A program made the translations under genes and the position numbers. The notes under the pieces are model-generated. The model saw nothing but the letters and a program-made list of their open reading frames with translations, had not been told where the DNA came from and did not search any database. A stretch of 63,825 nt of DNA, filler included, from Myxococcota bacterium (GTDB taxonomy: Bacteria > Myxococcota > Myxococcia > Myxococcales > Myxococcaceae): assembly GCA_049322255.1 (NCBI GenBank). It is 5 parts of 5 records of this genome, joined end to end, with 100 filler letters (N's around TTAATTAATTAA, not from the genome) between each part and the next. Parts side by side here need not be neighbours in the genome. Positions count along the whole stretch, not along the records: positions 52,158 to 63,825 come from JBMORE010000123.1; 4 more parts are not named here. The stretch is one strand, 5' to 3'. This document shows positions 58,366 to 63,825 of the stretch, one piece after another (positions within the stretch are counted from its first letter, which is position 1; each line of letters opens with the position of its first letter).

Positions 58366-59829
58366 ATGAGCGTTTCATCTCTTCGTGACACCTTCCGAAC
58401 CCTGAGCGCCGACCGGTATGTGAGCAAAAAGGACGTGCGCAAGCTCTTCGAGGCCGCCAAGGACGGGCCTGGGCTGGAGGCCGACGAACGCGCCGCGCTG
58501 CAGGAGCTTCTCGACACCCAGGGCAGCAAGTTTACCAACGCGGCCAAGCGCGAGTTCGCCAAGCTGATGGGCGCGGCTCCTTCGCCGGCGCCGACCCCGG
58601 CTCCCAGCGAGCCAGAGCGGGTGACCCTGACCTCCAACCACCAGCCGTGGACTTCGACCTATTGGCCGATGGCCGGTTCGCTCTCCAGCCCCGATGGTTC
58701 TGCCTCGAGCAACCTGTGGGCGAAAGACGGGCCGTTGGACAAGTTCGACAAGTTGCTCAAGGCGCGGAACAAGCCGACCGGCGCGTTGGAGCACGAAAAG
58801 AAACCCTCGTTGAACTGGTTGGTGAACAAACCCTCCGGTTACTACATCCCCGAGTCGACCGTGTCAGAGAAGGACGCGGAGCGCACCACTGGCGTCGATT
58901 TGAACAGGAACGGCAAGCTCGACGAGAAAGTGGAGTGGGACTTTCTCGATGGCCGGAGCCGGTTCGGTAAGGACGGCAAGAAGGACGGAGAGATGAGCGT
59001 GGGCTGGTGGGGCAGCTGCGACAAGGTCGCCCGCGCCGGCATTCTCTTCAAAGAGCCGAAGAAGGACGTCACCATCGACGGCGTTACCTTCACCGCGCAG
59101 GACATCAAGGGCCTGCTCACGGTCATCGCTGACAGCCAAGGTGGCCCCACCGCCTTCGTCGGCGAGCGCTACGACCGCCGGCCGGACATCGTCGAGCTGC
59201 GCAATGGCACCCGCGTGGAGGGCGAAATTCTCTCCGAGGTCGATTGGTACGGCGCGGGCACCTCGCGGCCGAACGACGACGACTACCGCTCGCCGGGCAA
59301 GCTCCCCGCGGAGGTGAAGGTCAAGCTGATGGACGGCACCGAGAAGACCTACAAGGCCTCGGAGCTGCGCCGGGTGATGCGCGAGGACCAGCGCGATGAC
59401 GCCGCCCTGTTCCACGAGACCCTCACCGAGTGGATGAAGAGCGGCCGCCCGGCGGCGATGGACAAGGACAACGGCGACCACGTGTGGAACTACAGCTTCC
59501 ACAAGCTCGACGACACCATCTACAAGAACGGGCAGAAGCCGGAGTGGGCGCCCGACGAGCTCAAGGAGGGCTACAACGGCCCTCCCAGCGGCGGCAAAAT
59601 CACCTTCGTCGCACGCGAGGTGACCTTTGGCTCGGGGATGACCGAGACCTACAAATATTGGCTGGAGGAGAAGAACGGCAAGGTGGTGAACTCGGGTTGG
59701 GTGTCGTACGGCAACCCTGACTTCCTCTGGCGTCCGTCGGAGGATCCGAAGTTCACCGGTCACAACGCGCGCAACCCCTTCATCGATCCCGCGCTGGTGA
59801 AGGAAATCTACGAGAAGTCGATCGAGTAA
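58366..59829 (+). CDS. transglutaminase-elicitor-like cysteine enzyme with N-terminal helical domain
   Basis: PWTSTYWP, PLDKFD, WWGSC, DIKGLL, VWNY, Y.YWLE, PDFLW. Confidence 0.7.
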   Translation: MSVSSLRDTFRTLSADRYVSKKDVRKLFEAAKDGPGLEADERAALQELLDTQGSKFTNAAKREFAKLMGAAPSPAPTPAPSEPERVTLTSNHQPWTSTYWPMAGSLSSPDGSASSNLWAKDGPLDKFDKLLKARNKPTGALEHEKKPSLNWLVNKPSGYYIPESTVSEKDAERTTGVDLNRNGKLDEKVEWDFLDGRSRFGKDGKKDGEMSVGWWGSCDKVARAGILFKEPKKDVTIDGVTFTAQDIKGLLTVIADSQGGPTAFVGERYDRRPDIVELRNGTRVEGEILSEVDWYGAGTSRPNDDDYRSPGKLPAEVKVKLMDGTEKTYKASELRRVMREDQRDDAALFHETLTEWMKSGRPAAMDKDNGDHVWNYSFHKLDDTIYKNGQKPEWAPDELKEGYNGPPSGGKITFVAREVTFGSGMTETYKYWLEEKNGKVVNSGWVSYGNPDFLWRPSEDPKFTGHNARNPFIDPALVKEIYEKSIE

Positions 59830-63039
<3,210 letters not shown>

Positions 63040-63084
63040 CCAAGAAGTTGTCCTCGGCGCGCCTCGGGGCAACATGGCTGTTTC

Positions 63085-63825
63085 ATGAGAGCCCCTCGCC
63101 AGCGATGTTTACGCTGGCTGCCGGCGCTTGGGCTGGCGGCGTGGGGAAGCTTCGGCTGCGCGACCACCGGCACGCTGACGCCGGCGAAGCCAATCATCCT
63201 GCATCAGGAGCCCGAGCTGGTGGCTTCGCCGCCGTCGACGTGGACGAAGCCCTCTTCGGCGCCGTCACGGCATCGGGTCGCCGCGGGAGAGACTCTCTAC
63301 CGCATCGCGCTCGCCCACGGCCTCGCCGCCGACGAGTTGGCCAAGGCGAACGGCATCGACGACCCCCGCACGCTGGCGGTGGGTCAGGAGCTGCTGATTC
63401 CCAAAGCGCCAACGACTCCCGCCGCGACCGAGTCGAAGCCTCCTTCTGGAACGCTCAGCTGGCCGGTGCGTGGAGTCCTCTACGCGCGCTTCGGCAAGAA
63501 GGGCAAGGAGCCGCACGACGGCATCGACCTCGCCGCGCCCTCGGGCACCCCGGTGCAGACCGCGGCCGAGGGCAAGGTGCTCTACGCCGGTGAGCAGAAA
63601 GGCTACGGGCTCATCGCCATCGTCGAGCACAAGGAGGGGCTGGTGACGCTCTACGCCCACAACCGGGACTTGCGGGTGACGACGGGACAGAAAGTGCGGC
63701 CCGGCCAGGTGATTGCCACCGTCGGTGAGTCCGGCCGCACGTCCGGACCGCACTTGCACTTCGAAGTGCGGGTGAACGGGCTCCCGGTCGATCCGCTCTT
63801 GCATCTGGGGCCCGTGCCCGATCTC
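63085..63825 (+). CDS. LysM + M23 peptidase lipoprotein (NlpD-like), runs off the window end
   Basis: Own translation (absent from the ORF track): MRAPRQRCLRW...FGC, GETLYRIA, HDGID, YAH, HLHFE; follows surE. Confidence 0.88.
   Translation, partial: MRAPRQRCLRWLPALGLAAWGSFGCATTGTLTPAKPIILHQEPELVASPPSTWTKPSSAPSRHRVAAGETLYRIALAHGLAADELAKANGIDDPRTLAVGQELLIPKAPTTPAATESKPPSGTLSWPVRGVLYARFGKKGKEPHDGIDLAAPSGTPVQTAAEGKVLYAGEQKGYGLIAIVEHKEGLVTLYAHNRDLRVTTGQKVRPGQVIATVGESGRTSGPHLHFEVRVNGLPVDPLLHLGPVPDL

Overview
High-GC DNA from a myxobacterium (Myxococcota). The assignment rests on the gltK/cglC-gltB-gltA-gltC gliding cluster, TIGR02266-type PilZ proteins and an FHA-DUF4388 protein. The window is not contiguous: it is five ~12-13 kb contigs joined by 100-nt N spacers carrying a TTAATTAATTAA linker (13388-13487, 26692-26791, 39423-39522, 52058-52157), so no synteny can be inferred across the gaps. 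Contig 1: anmK operon, a decayed tyrosine-recombinase + IS91-like (Y2) element ending in an attC-like hairpin, tldD, nucleotide-sugar dehydrogenase, heparinase II/III-like gene, dedA. Contig 2: REC-GGDEF gene, a Phd/RelE toxin-antitoxin pair bracketed by a 223-bp duplication, trmB, ribF, rplM-rpsI, a pilT paralog, recX, bamD, amidase, rph, rdgB, tRNA-Pro and tRNA-Arg. Contig 3: membrane peptidase, PilZ, DUF192, a decayed nucleotidyltransferase module, vWA gene, two cglC/gltK paralogs, gltBAC, MFS. Contig 4: FG-GAP propeller protein and a complete phoBR-porin-pstSCAB-phoU locus with a Pho box. Contig 5: dipeptidase, alkaline phosphatase, glpX, a 57-aa protein with a structured leader, ADP-ribosylglycohydrolase, transglutaminase-like protein, eno-surE-nlpD. 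The most interesting signals are non-coding: the attC-like end of the int/IS91 element, the TA insertion inside a gene duplication, a 124-bp structured multicopy element end at two contig ends, REP-like hairpins supplying stops and Shine-Dalgarno sites, and two candidate structured RNAs. All calls come from motif recognition by eye; no searches were run.
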